The notes beneath the pieces were generated by a model that saw only the letters and a list, made by a program, of their open reading frames with translations, was not told the DNA's origin and searched no databases. The translations under genes and the position numbers were made by a program. From Vulcanimicrobiales bacterium (GTDB lineage Bacteria; Vulcanimicrobiota; Vulcanimicrobiia; Vulcanimicrobiales; Vulcanimicrobiaceae), in assembly GCA_038231455.1 (NCBI GenBank), contig JBBRLI010000004.1, positions 32,001-96,000 on the forward strand: DNA of 64,000 nucleotides, read 5' to 3'. Positions 1 through 10,330 of this stretch are shown one piece after another. Positions within the stretch are counted from its first letter, which is position 1, and each line of letters opens with the position of its first letter.

Positions 1-423
1 TTCGATTGCTGCAACCGAACGTTCGAATCCGTCGAACGTGCCGTTGCGTTCTGCAGCGCGCATGCGCATGCGGTCGAGTGGAATAATAAATCCGCTCACC
101 GATGAGCCTTTACGCGGCACCGGAAATGCTTCGTCACCGGCCTGCTCGCGTTCCCAATCGCGCAAGACGGCGGGGATTGCAGCGAGTTCTTCGCCGAATG
201 CGAGACGGCGCGCGGCATCCGTTGCAAGTTCGCCGCACGAAAACACAAGCGACGTATGACCGAACGGAGTGTGACGACCATCACCACGATGGGGTACGAG
301 GGAAATGCTCAAAGAAGCGTCCTCTATAACGCGGGAATTCGAGGCATCACGCCTCACTAAAATATCATCGGCGGAAGCAACTGCAAAAATGAGATGCGCT
401 GTGTCACTTCCAGTGCAATCCAT
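1..423 (-). CDS. hypothetical protein, partial (runs off left edge)
   Basis: Hand translation: ATG at 423, frame open to position 1 (MDCTGSDTAHLIFAVAS...FERSVAAIE); follows the Ldh-family gene on the same strand. No recognised motif. Confidence 0.5.
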   Translation of the reverse strand, partial: MDCTGSDTAHLIFAVASADDILVRRDASNSRVIEDASLSISLVPHRGDGRHTPFGHTSLVFSCGELATDAARRLAFGEELAAIPAVLRDWEREQAGDEAFPVPRKGSSVSGFIIPLDRMRMRAAERNGTFDGFERSVAAIE

Positions 424-442
424 ACAGAACGTTTACGAAACG

Positions 443-1540
443 TCAGGTCTTTGCGATCGCGAAGGGGATCCCCAAACGCGCGGCCATCGTTTCGAGACCC
501 GCCCACACCTTGATGTGGACGGGCACGCCGTTTCGCCGATTGAATTCCGTTTTCTCGTGTTCGATCTCCCCGGCGACGTAGATGCGATCCTGGCCCGGCG
601 CCTTGGCCGAATCTTTGAACGCGCGCAGTTCGGTGTCCATATCCGCGCGGAAGCGATCGAGATCGCGAAAGCGATCGATGCGAAACGCCGCAAACCAGTG
701 CGAGATCGCACCCGCGGTCGGCGGGTCGCTCGGGAGCGGCAGGCCGGTGCCAAACGCCCCGCCCGTCATCACCCCACATAAGATGTCGACGAGAAGTCCA
801 AGGCCGAAGCCTTTATGGCCGCCGCCGTCAACGCCCAGGCCCCCGAGCGGGAGCAGGGCGCCTTGAAGCGCCGCTTTGGGATCGAGGGTTTCCACGCCGT
901 TCTCGTCGATCGCCCAACCCGGGTTGAGCGGCTTGCCTTTGCGCTCGTTCACTTCGATCTTGCCGCGCGGGACGGTCGTCGTCGCAAAGTCGAGCACGAA
1001 CGCGGGCTCGTTCATCGCTGGAACGGCAAAGGCGAGCGGATTCGTGCCGATCGTCATGCCGCGTCCGTAGGTGGCTGCGCCGAGCCGCACGGAATTCGTC
1101 GATGCGATGCCGACCATGCCGTGATCGAGCGCCAGCATCGCATAGTACCCGGCGATCCCGTAGTGGTTCGAATTGCGCACCCCGCCGAACGCTGCGCCCG
1201 AAGCACCGGCTTTTGCGACGATCGCCTCCATCGTGCGCTTTGCGGCCGGGTGCCCAAGACCGTTGCCGGCATCGACCACAAGCGAGGTCGGCGTCTCGCG
1301 TACCGTGCTCACCTCCGGCGTGGCGCTCAGCGAGCCGTCTTGAATCCGCTTCACATAAAACGCGTCCAGGCGGGCGACGCCATGCGATTCAACGCCGCGT
1401 AGATCGGCGGTCACGAGCACCTCGGCGACGATCTGCGCATCGGCCTGCGCGACGCCAACCGTCGTGAGGGCAGCCGCGACGAACGACCGCAAATCGGCTT
1501 CGCCTGCAAGTCGGTAGTCGGTCGTGAGGACTTCGGCCAT
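443..1540 (-). CDS. Ldh_2 family (malate/L-lactate/ureidoglycolate-type) NAD(P)-dependent oxidoreductase
   Basis: Motifs ADLRGVESHG, RNSNHYG, GTNPLAF, LDFATT, GHKGFGL; start placed at MAEVLTT (ATG 1540). Confidence 0.9.
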   Translation of the reverse strand: MAEVLTTDYRLAGEADLRSFVAAALTTVGVAQADAQIVAEVLVTADLRGVESHGVARLDAFYVKRIQDGSLSATPEVSTVRETPTSLVVDAGNGLGHPAAKRTMEAIVAKAGASGAAFGGVRNSNHYGIAGYYAMLALDHGMVGIASTNSVRLGAATYGRGMTIGTNPLAFAVPAMNEPAFVLDFATTTVPRGKIEVNERKGKPLNPGWAIDENGVETLDPKAALQGALLPLGGLGVDGGGHKGFGLGLLVDILCGVMTGGAFGTGLPLPSDPPTAGAISHWFAAFRIDRFRDLDRFRADMDTELRAFKDSAKAPGQDRIYVAGEIEHEKTEFNRRNGVPVHIKVWAGLETMAARLGIPFAIAKT

Positions 1541-1613
1541 CAAGGCGGATTCTGCGAGCGGAGCACCAGCCCCCCAAGAGGCACGGGGGCGCGCGAGCAG
1601 GTAGCTACTCCCG

Positions 1614-3017
1614 GTGAACGATCTGCGCACGGCGCTCTCGGGCGTCGTCGACCCCGCCGGGATTCTCAGCACCGCCGAAGACCTTATCGCCTACGGATTC
1701 GACGGGACATTTTACCAGAACACCCCGCCGCTCGTCGTTCTCCCCACGACCACCGCGCAAGTCGTCGCGATCCACCAGTTCGCTCATGCCCGCCGCATCC
1801 CAATCACGCCGCGTGCGATGGGCAGTGGTCTTTCGGGCGGCGCAATTCCGCTCGGCGGCAGCATCGTGCTGGGCGTTGCGCGGATGAACCGCATTATCGA
1901 GATCGATGAAGTCAATCACGTTGCGGTGGTCCAGCCGGGCGTGATCAACGCGCATCTACAAACCGAAGTCGAAAAGCGCGGCCTCTTCTATCCGCCCGAT
2001 CCCTCGAGTCTCAAACAGTCGGCGATCGGTGGAAACGTTGCGGAGAACGCGGGCGGCGCACGCTGCCTCAAATACGGCGTCACCGGCGACTACGTGCTCG
2101 CGCTCGAAATCGTGCTGCCGGACGGCACGCTCATCCGCACCGGCGGCAAGATGGTCAAGAACGTCACCGGCTACAATTTACGCGCACTCTTCACGGGCTC
2201 CGAAGGCACGCTCGGCACGATCACCGAGGTCACGCTCAAACTCATTGCCAAGCCGAAGTTCGCGCGCATGGCCGTCGCGGTTTTCGATCGGATTGCCGAT
2301 GCAGCGACGTGCGTGACCGCGATCATGTCGACCGGCATCGTGCCGACGTCGATCGAGATGCTCGACAATCTCACGATGCGCTGCGTCGAGGCGGCAAAGC
2401 CGATCGGCCTTCCACTCGATGCCGATGCGATCTTGATCTTTGGCGCCGACGGCAACTACGAAGAGATCGTCAACGCAGAAGTCGCCACGATCGCAACGAT
2501 CGCTCGCGAACACCGCGCGCGCGATGTTACCGTCGCGCAGAACGCTGAGGAATCCGAACGGCTCTGGAACGCGCGCCGCTCGATTTCTCCCGCTCTCGCG
2601 CAGCAGCGGCCGAACAAGCTCGGCGAGGACATCGCAATTCCGCGCAGCGCGATTCCGCGCATGGTCGAACGCTGTCGCGAGATTTCCGTGAAGTATACTT
2701 TGCCGGTGCCCGTCTACGGTCACGTCGGCGACGGCAACCTGCATCCGAACATCCTCTGCGATAAGACCGATAAAGAAGAAATGCTGCGCGTGCGTGATGC
2801 GGCGCGCGAAATCTTCGAGGCGGCGATCGAACTTGGCGGCACGCTCTCGGGCGAGCACGGGATCGGAATGCTCAAAAAGCAGTTCATGGAACTGGACCTC
2901 GGTACCGACGCACTCGAACTGATGCGGAAAATCAAAAACGCGATCGATCCGCTCGGCATCATGAACCCCGGTAAAGTGTTCCCCGAACCCGGCGGTGCGG
3001 ATGCGTTTACGCTCTGA
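1614..3017 (+). CDS. glcD: FAD-linked oxidase, GlcD/D-2-hydroxyacid dehydrogenase family
   Basis: FYPPDPSS, IGGNVAENAGG, KYGVT, GSEGTLG, GHVGDGNLHP, SGEHGIG, NPGK. Confidence 0.85.
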   Translation: MNDLRTALSGVVDPAGILSTAEDLIAYGFDGTFYQNTPPLVVLPTTTAQVVAIHQFAHARRIPITPRAMGSGLSGGAIPLGGSIVLGVARMNRIIEIDEVNHVAVVQPGVINAHLQTEVEKRGLFYPPDPSSLKQSAIGGNVAENAGGARCLKYGVTGDYVLALEIVLPDGTLIRTGGKMVKNVTGYNLRALFTGSEGTLGTITEVTLKLIAKPKFARMAVAVFDRIADAATCVTAIMSTGIVPTSIEMLDNLTMRCVEAAKPIGLPLDADAILIFGADGNYEEIVNAEVATIATIAREHRARDVTVAQNAEESERLWNARRSISPALAQQRPNKLGEDIAIPRSAIPRMVERCREISVKYTLPVPVYGHVGDGNLHPNILCDKTDKEEMLRVRDAAREIFEAAIELGGTLSGEHGIGMLKKQFMELDLGTDALELMRKIKNAIDPLGIMNPGKVFPEPGGADAFTL

Positions 3018-3474
3018 GGTCGCCCTCCGGGTGGGGCCGACCGCCGATGACCTCACGTGCGCGCGCAACTTCGCGCGGATGTGGCAATCGATGGGCGTCC
3101 CCGCCTCCGATTTGCGCGACGACTTCATTCCCTGGACGCTCGACCGCATTCGCGAGGCGCGAATCTCGTCGGCGTTTCGCAGCGTCATTGCGGAAGTTGA
3201 CGGTGCGATTGTCGGCAGCGCGTGCTCGAACCTTACCGACGACTATCCGATGTACGCCGCGCACGCCAAACGCAAGATCGGCGTTATCTGGGCCGTCTTT
3301 GTCGAACACGATCATCGCGGAGGCGGGATCGCCAAAGCCATGATGCACGATACCATCGCGTACTTGCGCGAAATCGATTGCGCCGTTGCGCGACTGCGCG
3401 CCTCACACGCAGGCGGTCACGTCTACCGGAGCCTCGGCTTCTCCGCGAGCAACGAGATGGAACTGTCGCTCTAA
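2995..3474 (+). CDS. GNAT family N-acetyltransferase
   Basis: VFVEHDHRGGGIAK acetyl-CoA motif and VYRSLGF; start uncertain (2995 or 3001). Confidence 0.85.
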   Translation: MRMRLRSEVALRVGPTADDLTCARNFARMWQSMGVPASDLRDDFIPWTLDRIREARISSAFRSVIAEVDGAIVGSACSNLTDDYPMYAAHAKRKIGVIWAVFVEHDHRGGGIAKAMMHDTIAYLREIDCAVARLRASHAGGHVYRSLGFSASNEMELSL

Positions 3475-4226
3475 TGCGGCGGAAGGATCGCCGGCGGAAC
3501 GTCGGCGTCCGCGGCCTTCTTTGAAAACGAATCTTCGAGTAAACGAATCTGCCAGTTGACCGTCGTGCGTTTGGCTTGTTCGATGTCGCTTGTTCGAATG
3601 CGTTGCCCGAGCGATCCGGCAATCGGCATGAGGTAGTGGCGGTCGTAGACGATCGCGGCGCGCATCTCAACGGGTGATGCGATGCCTTTGCCGGTGATCG
3701 AACGCTCGAAACGCACGATCGACCGCTCGCCCACGACCTCGCTTGTCTCGTACGTCGTCGTCTCCGTCCCGCTCGCCTGGGCGTGTTCTTCGGTCCACTT
3801 CGAACCGACGACGGCGATGTGTTCGTCGAACACATGGCGCGCACACAACCGTAAGAGTTCGAGCGATTCGGGCATGAGTGTATTTTTTTGATCGAAGAGC
3901 ACACGCCCATCGTCGAAGACGGCGACGCGTGTTCGCGGCGTCGTCCGCGCTTGCGCGTCTTCGGTAAGGTCGATAACGAGCGCGCCGTCGGTCGTTACCG
4001 AGAGGACGTCGAGCACGATCGTGCCGTTGTTGACGATGCCGGAAACGCCGAAGTCTTCGCTGTTGCCGCCGTTCTGTCCGAAGCCCGAACGTTTCACTTC
4101 CGTAATCGTCGAGGCGCCGGCACGCACGGAATACACAAGATGCCGCATGGGCTTGGGTGCATCGGCTGCACCCGCGGCCGCGGTGAGCGCCGTAACGAAC
4201 GTCGCGACGAGGGCTACGGCGCGCAC
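3471..4226 (-). CDS. secreted hypothetical protein
   Basis: Signal peptide (MRAVALVATFVTALTAAAGAA), beta-rich body; starts 2 nt after the arginase stop. Confidence 0.75.
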   Translation of the reverse strand: MRAVALVATFVTALTAAAGAADAPKPMRHLVYSVRAGASTITEVKRSGFGQNGGNSEDFGVSGIVNNGTIVLDVLSVTTDGALVIDLTEDAQARTTPRTRVAVFDDGRVLFDQKNTLMPESLELLRLCARHVFDEHIAVVGSKWTEEHAQASGTETTTYETSEVVGERSIVRFERSITGKGIASPVEMRAAIVYDRHYLMPIAGSLGQRIRTSDIEQAKRTTVNWQIRLLEDSFSKKAADADVPPAILPPH

Positions 4227-4228
4227 CG

Positions 4229-5140
4229 CTAGAGCGTCGTCTTGCCGAGCGCGGAGAGAATCAATTCAACGGCAAGGATCGCCGTTTGATTGTGCGAGTC
4301 GAGGATCGGATTGATCTCGGTGATCTCGAGCGATCCGAGCGTCTTCGATGCGGCGATGACTTCCATCATGAGATGCGCTTCGCGATACGTGATCCCACCG
4401 CGCACGGCCGTTCCGACGCCCGGCGCTTCGCTCGGATCGATGCCATCCATATCGAAGGACACGTGCACGGAATTTTCGCCGTCGGAGACGAGGGCGATCG
4501 CCTCATCGATCACGCGCGACATCCCCATCCGATCGATGTCGGCCATCGCGTACGCCTTGACGCCAAGCTCGCGAATCGCGCGCTTTTCACCGGCATCGAC
4601 GTCGCGTAGCCCGATCAGCACGCTGCGCTTGGGATCGACGTGATGGTCTTCGATCGCAAAGGCGAGCGGCATGCCGTGAACGTTGCCCGAGGGCGAGGTC
4701 ATCGGCGTATTGATATCGCCATGCGCGTCGACCCAAATCAAGCCGGGACGCTTCTTGCGACCGCGCGCAACGCCCGCGATCGTGCCCATCGCAATCGAGT
4801 GATCGCCGCCGAGCACGAGTGGGAAACCGCCCGCAAGGATCGATTGCTCGACGACTCCGGCGAGTTCTTCGCAGACCGCTTTAATGATCGGGAAATACTT
4901 GGCATTGGCAACTTCCGCACTCGCCGACTCCGGGACCGGGACGCGCAGGTTGCCGTGATCCGTCGTTGAGATGCCGAGCGCCTCGAGCGACTCTTTGAGG
5001 CGCGCATAGCGGATCGCCGAGGGCCCCATGTCAACACCGCGCCGGTCGGCGCCCAAATCCATCGGAACGCCGATCACATCGACGTGCGCGATGCGCGGTA
5101 CGGGTTCGCCAGCCGGCGTGAGGCGCGGTAAAGTTTCCAT
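4229..5140 (-). CDS. rocF: arginase
   Basis: [34 protein letters not shown]. Confidence 0.93.
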   Translation of the reverse strand: METLPRLTPAGEPVPRIAHVDVIGVPMDLGADRRGVDMGPSAIRYARLKESLEALGISTTDHGNLRVPVPESASAEVANAKYFPIIKAVCEELAGVVEQSILAGGFPLVLGGDHSIAMGTIAGVARGRKKRPGLIWVDAHGDINTPMTSPSGNVHGMPLAFAIEDHHVDPKRSVLIGLRDVDAGEKRAIRELGVKAYAMADIDRMGMSRVIDEAIALVSDGENSVHVSFDMDGIDPSEAPGVGTAVRGGITYREAHLMMEVIAASKTLGSLEITEINPILDSHNQTAILAVELILSALGKTTL

Positions 5141-5146
5141 TCTTGC

Positions 5147-6337
5147 CTATTTCGTGGGCGCGGCGATCCGTCCCGGTTCGGTGACGTCGAGCGGCTCTTT
5201 GGTAACGCCGGGTTTGGCTTCGGCGATGCTCGCCTTCATCGGGATAAAGTGCACGAGCAGGACGCGGATCATCGCGGCAATCGGCACCGCAAGAAACATC
5301 CCGCCAATGCCAAGCAGCTCCCCGCCGATGAGGATCGCGATCACCACCCAGAGTGGCGAGAGGCCGACCGAGTCGCTCACGATCTTCGGCGCGATGAAGT
5401 GGCCTTCGAGTTGGAAGATCGCGATGAAGGCGATGGCAACGTAGCCCGCATGCACGAACGCGGCCTGCGAGACGCCGTCTTGGAAGAGGGCGAGCAGCAC
5501 CGAAGGCACGAAACCGACGACCGCGCCGACGTATGGAATCACATCGAGCAGACCCGCGAAAACGCCGATGAGCACCGCGTATTTGATGTGAAAGAGCAAC
5601 AGCACGATCGTGATGCAAACACCGATCGTCGCGCCGACGGTGAACTGTCCACGGATGAACCCGCCGAGAACTTTTTCTAAGTCGGCGACGACCGCAAGCG
5701 TCTTGGGCCGCGCTTTGACCGGGATCGCCGCGATCGCGTAGCGCTTAAGGTTTTCCGCATCGAGCATCATATACGCCGAGAGCACGGGGATCACGATGCA
5801 CGTCGCAACGAGGGCAACGGTCGAGAGCAAGAGGCCAACGGCTTTGGTCGCCGCCTCACCCGCATAGTGCTGCGTAAATTTGCTTGCTTCCGTCGGCAGC
5901 GTGATGATGTATTCGCGGACACTCAGCGGAAAATGACGGAAGACGGGATTTTCCGGATTGCTGATCCAGGCGGTCGCATTCTTTTCGATCGTCGGATAGT
6001 TCGCAACCAAATCTTTGATATCGGTTGAGAGCGGCGGCACGATCACGGCGATTCCGATCCCGATCACCAGCGCAATACCAAAATAAACGATGCCGATCGC
6101 AGCGCCCAGCGGCATCCGCTCGTTCAGGCGCCGCACGAGCGGATACACGACGTACGTGAAAAAAATCGCACCGATGATGATGACGGCAACCGACGAAACT
6201 CGCGAAAGAAACGAGAGCACGTTGATGAGCATGAAGGCACTTAGCGCAATGAGCGCGAGGATCTTCAGCGCATACGTCACGCGTCGCTCGCCGCGGGAGA
6301 TCGGGCGCCGCGGCCGCGCGACGGTCTGCTTTATCAT
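5147..6337 (-). CDS. AI-2E family transporter
   Basis: Multi-TM; IPYVG, QLEGHFIAPKIV, GGMFLAVP motifs; ATG 6337 overlaps the upstream stop (ATGA). Confidence 0.88.
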   Translation of the reverse strand: MIKQTVARPRRPISRGERRVTYALKILALIALSAFMLINVLSFLSRVSSVAVIIIGAIFFTYVVYPLVRRLNERMPLGAAIGIVYFGIALVIGIGIAVIVPPLSTDIKDLVANYPTIEKNATAWISNPENPVFRHFPLSVREYIITLPTEASKFTQHYAGEAATKAVGLLLSTVALVATCIVIPVLSAYMMLDAENLKRYAIAAIPVKARPKTLAVVADLEKVLGGFIRGQFTVGATIGVCITIVLLLFHIKYAVLIGVFAGLLDVIPYVGAVVGFVPSVLLALFQDGVSQAAFVHAGYVAIAFIAIFQLEGHFIAPKIVSDSVGLSPLWVVIAILIGGELLGIGGMFLAVPIAAMIRVLLVHFIPMKASIAEAKPGVTKEPLDVTEPGRIAAPTK

Positions 6338-6789
6338 GAGAGCTTCACCGGGATCGCTTTTCGTAAGACTCCGACGAGCGGCGGCACGATTGCGGCGCCT
6401 GCGGCCCGGAGCACCTCGGAGTACCACGTTTTCTTGTAGCCGTCATCGAGGTCGAGCACGGCCATAAACACCCGATGACGCGTGGCGATCGTTTGGCTCC
6501 ACGCGCGGAGCCGATCCGCCGCACCCGGCCGCTGCGCTTCGATTTCGGCGAGCACCGCCGCGTCATCCGCGCCATGCGCGTCGACGATGGACATGAAGCG
6601 GCGGTAGCTCAACCCCGCCGTCTTGAGAAATTCCGCGTCGATCGGACTCTGGCCGTAGAGATACACGCCAAGCGTCCCGGCACGCAGCGCGCGCGCCTTG
6701 TCGATGAAGCGCGGGAGCCACTGGACGCCTCCCACGGCTTCGGTCCAACGACGCGGCGGACCGGAACGAAGATCGGGTGCAGCTTGCAT
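6334..6789 (-). CDS. DUF5069-like protein
   Basis: PDLRSGPPR...GGVQWLPRFIDKARA...GTLGVY..SPID resembles DUF5069 as I recall it; start at MQAAPDL. Confidence 0.7.
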   Translation of the reverse strand: MQAAPDLRSGPPRRWTEAVGGVQWLPRFIDKARALRAGTLGVYLYGQSPIDAEFLKTAGLSYRRFMSIVDAHGADDAAVLAEIEAQRPGAADRLRAWSQTIATRHRVFMAVLDLDDGYKKTWYSEVLRAAGAAIVPPLVGVLRKAIPVKLS

Positions 6790-6846
6790 CCTCGACGCTT
6801 CGCGGATGCTGGAGGCCAACCCGTCCGAAAGGCGTAGTGGACTGCG

Positions 6847-7878
6847 ATGTTCTCACGACGCACGCCGAACCTCGCTAGAGCGGCGCTTCTCTCATGTGCG
6901 CTGCTCGCGGGTTGCGCGGGCGCGAAGACCGCCGGCGCTCCCACCGGGCCGCGCCTGGGCATGGTCACCGACGTCGGCGGCCTTGGCGACCGCTCGTTCA
7001 ACGATTCGGCGTACGCGGGCTTGCAGGCGGCAAAAGAAAAGCTCAACGCACAGATTCAAGTCGTACCCTCGCGTTCGGCGAGCGACTATCAGCCCAATTT
7101 GCTGCTTCTTGCGACCAAAGAATATCAGGAAGTCTTCGCCATCGGCTTTCTCATGGCAAAAGATCTCAGCGAAGTCGCCGCTAGCCACCCGAAGACGCAC
7201 TTCGCGATCATCGACGCGGTCGTCGATCTGCCCAACGTCGCCTCGGTGACGTTCAAAGAAGAAGAAGGCTCGTTTCTGGCCGGCGCCGCCGCGGCGCTCG
7301 TTACCAAAACGAAGACCGTCGCCTTTTTAGGCGGCATCGATATCCCACTCTTACGCAAATTCGAGGCGGGGTTCATCGCCGGCGTGCACCAGATCGATCC
7401 GAAAATCAACGTGCTCGTGAAGTACACCGGCAGTTTCGATGACGTCGCGGCCGGTAAGGAACTCGGCGGCGTCCTCTTCGACCAAGGCGCCGACATCATC
7501 TTCGTCGCGGCGGGCAAAGCGGGGCTCGGCGCAATCGAGCAAGTGAAATCCCGACCCAATCGCTTCGTGATCGGTGTCGACTCCAATCAAGACGCGATCG
7601 CGCCGGGAAAAATTCTTACGAGCATGATCAAACGCGTCGACGTCGGCGTCTTGCGCGTCAGCGAACAAGCAGCATCGGAGAAACCCGCGAGCGGCCACGT
7701 GATCTTGGGACTCAAAGACGACGGCGTCGGCCTGACGGATTTCAAGTATACGAAGTCGGCGATGACGGCGGCGAAGTTCGCGCAACTCGATACGATTAAA
7801 GCCGCGATCGTCGCCGGCAAAGTCGTTCCGCCTGCGACGCGTGAGGAGCTCGCGACATTCAAACGAGTCGCGCTCTAG
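6847..7878 (+). CDS. BMP family (nucleoside) ABC transporter substrate-binding lipoprotein
   Basis: Lipobox LAGC; DVGGLGDRSFN, FKEEEGSFLAG, IGVDSNQ. Confidence 0.92.
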   Translation: MFSRRTPNLARAALLSCALLAGCAGAKTAGAPTGPRLGMVTDVGGLGDRSFNDSAYAGLQAAKEKLNAQIQVVPSRSASDYQPNLLLLATKEYQEVFAIGFLMAKDLSEVAASHPKTHFAIIDAVVDLPNVASVTFKEEEGSFLAGAAAALVTKTKTVAFLGGIDIPLLRKFEAGFIAGVHQIDPKINVLVKYTGSFDDVAAGKELGGVLFDQGADIIFVAAGKAGLGAIEQVKSRPNRFVIGVDSNQDAIAPGKILTSMIKRVDVGVLRVSEQAASEKPASGHVILGLKDDGVGLTDFKYTKSAMTAAKFAQLDTIKAAIVAGKVVPPATREELATFKRVAL

Positions 7879-9317
7879 CACTCGAACTCCGCGGGATTCA
7901 CAAACGGTACGGCGCGGTTGCCGCCGTTGAGGGCGTCGACCTCGATTGCACGCCCGGTGAGATTCACGCGCTCGTCGGAGAAAACGGCGCGGGCAAATCC
8001 ACGCTCGCAGCGATCGCCTACGGCAGCGTGACGCCGGATTCGGGAACGATTCACGCAAGCGGCATCGTCGGTCTGGTTCATCAGCATTTCAAATTGATCG
8101 ATCGCCTTCGGGTGTGGGAGAACGTGCTGCTCGGTCGCGAACCCAAGCGCGGTTTTACCATCGACGTTCCGGCCGCGCGCGCGCGGGTGCGCGAGCTGTG
8201 CGCGACGTACGGGCTCGAACTCGATCCCGATGCGCGCGTCGAGTCGCTTCCAATCGCGGTCCGACAACGCGTCGAGCTCGTACGCGAACTGCAACGCGAA
8301 CCCGCGGTGCTGCTGCTCGACGAGCCGACGGCGGCACTTGCGCCAAGCGAGATCGACGCGTTCTTCGCGACCATTCGGGCCCTTGCGGCACGCGGTACCG
8401 CAATTTTGATCGTGACGCACAAACTCGGCGAGGTCATCACGCACGCCGATCGCGTGACCGTCATGCGCGCGGGGAAAATCGTTACCTCAATGAGCGTCGC
8501 TGAAACGAACGTCGATGCGATCGCGCGCGCGATGGTCGGCGGCGACTTACCGCAAATCACACCGCATCTCGCGACGACGCTCGAGCCCGCGCTTGCCGTC
8601 GAGCGCCTCACCGCCGGCACCGGCGCGGGCGCACTCGTCGATGCAAGTTTCGCCGTCCGCGCGGGCGAGATCGTCGGCATCGCGGGAATCGAGGGAAACG
8701 GACAATCCGCGCTCGCCGATGCGCTCGCGGGGGTGATCGACTACAGCGGACGCATCGCCCTTGCGAGAACCGAACTCGCGGCGCGCGTCTCGCCGGCGGC
8801 GCGTTTGCGTCTTGGCATGCGGGCGATTCCGCAGGACCGTCACGCAGAAGCGCTCGTCCTCGATTGGTCCGTCGCCGACAATGCGGCGCTCGGCAGCCAG
8901 CGCATGCTCCGTGGCGGCGCACTCGTGGACCGCGCACGCACGCAGGCGTTCGCGCAATCGATCGTCGAGCGCTACGACGTACGTCCGCCCAGTCCAAGCG
9001 CCCGTATCGGCGCGCTCTCGGGCGGTAACCAGCAGAAAGTCGTCGTCGGGCGCGCGCTCGAGAGCGATCCCAAGTTTGTCCTTGCCTATCAACCGACGCG
9101 CGGCATCGACATCGGCGCTGCGGCGCTCGTCCAGTCGCGCTTGATCGAAGCGCGCAACGCAGGCGTCGCCGTGCTGTTGATCTCATTCGAACTCGACGAA
9201 ATTCTCACGCTTGCGGACCGCGTGCTCGTCATGTACGGCGGCCGCATCGTCGGCGCGTTCGAACGCGGCGCACTCGACCGCTCGCGCATCGGTGCGTTGA
9301 TGGCGGGCGCGACGTGA
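7857..9317 (+). CDS. nucleoside/sugar ABC transporter ATP-binding protein (two ATPase domains); non-canonical start
   Basis: Frame open from 7845. LELRGIHKRYG and Walker A GENGAGKST lie upstream of the first canonical start (GTG 8028). Also LLLDEPT and LSGGNQQK. Start probably ATT 7857 or CTA 7875. Confidence 0.88.
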   Translation: MQTSRALALELRGIHKRYGAVAAVEGVDLDCTPGEIHALVGENGAGKSTLAAIAYGSVTPDSGTIHASGIVGLVHQHFKLIDRLRVWENVLLGREPKRGFTIDVPAARARVRELCATYGLELDPDARVESLPIAVRQRVELVRELQREPAVLLLDEPTAALAPSEIDAFFATIRALAARGTAILIVTHKLGEVITHADRVTVMRAGKIVTSMSVAETNVDAIARAMVGGDLPQITPHLATTLEPALAVERLTAGTGAGALVDASFAVRAGEIVGIAGIEGNGQSALADALAGVIDYSGRIALARTELAARVSPAARLRLGMRAIPQDRHAEALVLDWSVADNAALGSQRMLRGGALVDRARTQAFAQSIVERYDVRPPSPSARIGALSGGNQQKVVVGRALESDPKFVLAYQPTRGIDIGAAALVQSRLIEARNAGVAVLLISFELDEILTLADRVLVMYGGRIVGAFERGALDRSRIGALMAGAT

Positions 9318-10330
9318 GACGTATTCCGCGCGGCTTGCGCGACGCGCTGCTCGCCGTCGTGTTGGTCTTCGTCGTCGGCAGCATCGCGATGCTCGTCGCG
9401 CATGCAAGCCCGCTGGCCGGCTTCGGCGCGCTCATCGGCGGCGCGCTCGGGAGTCCCGGGGAACTGGGCGAGACGCTCGTACAGACGACCGCCCTGCTCT
9501 TTCCGGCGCTCGGAATCACGATCGCATTTCGGGCCGGGCTCTTCAACATCGGTGCCGAGGGACAACTCGTGCTCGGCGGATTGCTCGCGGGCTACGTCGC
9601 GGCTGCGCTCCCGATCACCGGCATCATTGCGATACCGGTGGTTCTCGCAGCCGGTGCGCTTGGCGGCGGCGTCTGGGGCGCACTTGCCGGCTTTTTGAAA
9701 GCACGCTTCGGCGCAAACGAAGTGATCGCAACCTTGATGCTCAACGTCATCGCCGGGCTACTCGCGACGTACATCGTGAACGGTCCCTTTAAGATGAACG
9801 GCGCCACCGCCGGTGAGACAGCTTCGATTCCGCGCGGCTCGTGGCTGCCGTCCCTCATCCCCGATACACGCCTCACGATCGCGTTCATCATTGCAATCGC
9901 AATCGCGCTCCTCTTACGTTTCGTCCTCGCGCGGACTGTCTTCGGCTACGAGTTACGCGCGGCGGGCGATGCACCGGAAGCGGCTAAGCGCGCGGGGATC
10001 GACCTCTCGCGCATGGCGCTTATCGCAATGTCGCTCTCGGGTGCGATTGCGGGCCTCGGCGGCGCGGCGATCGTGCTCGGCGTTCTGCACCGCTTCAACA
10101 CGGCGCTCTCGCCCGGCTACGGCTTTATCGCAATCGCCGTTGCGCTCGTCGGCAACCTCGACCCGCTGTTCGTCACGATCGCCGCGTTTGCGTTCGGCGT
10201 GTTGCAGAGCGGCGCACTCTCGATGCAAGCCGAAGCGCAAGTGCCAAAAGACGTCGTCGCGATCGTCGAGGGCGTCGTCATCATCGCCCTTGCCGGCCGC
10301 CGCTATTTGAATCGCGGAGGCGACCGCTGA
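9314..10330 (+). CDS. ABC transporter permease (BPD_transp_2)
   Basis: FRAGLFNIGAEGQ, NEVIATLMLN, GYGFIAIAVAL. Confidence 0.9.
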   Translation: MRRIPRGLRDALLAVVLVFVVGSIAMLVAHASPLAGFGALIGGALGSPGELGETLVQTTALLFPALGITIAFRAGLFNIGAEGQLVLGGLLAGYVAAALPITGIIAIPVVLAAGALGGGVWGALAGFLKARFGANEVIATLMLNVIAGLLATYIVNGPFKMNGATAGETASIPRGSWLPSLIPDTRLTIAFIIAIAIALLLRFVLARTVFGYELRAAGDAPEAAKRAGIDLSRMALIAMSLSGAIAGLGGAAIVLGVLHRFNTALSPGYGFIAIAVALVGNLDPLFVTIAAFAFGVLQSGALSMQAEAQVPKDVVAIVEGVVIIALAGRRYLNRGGDR

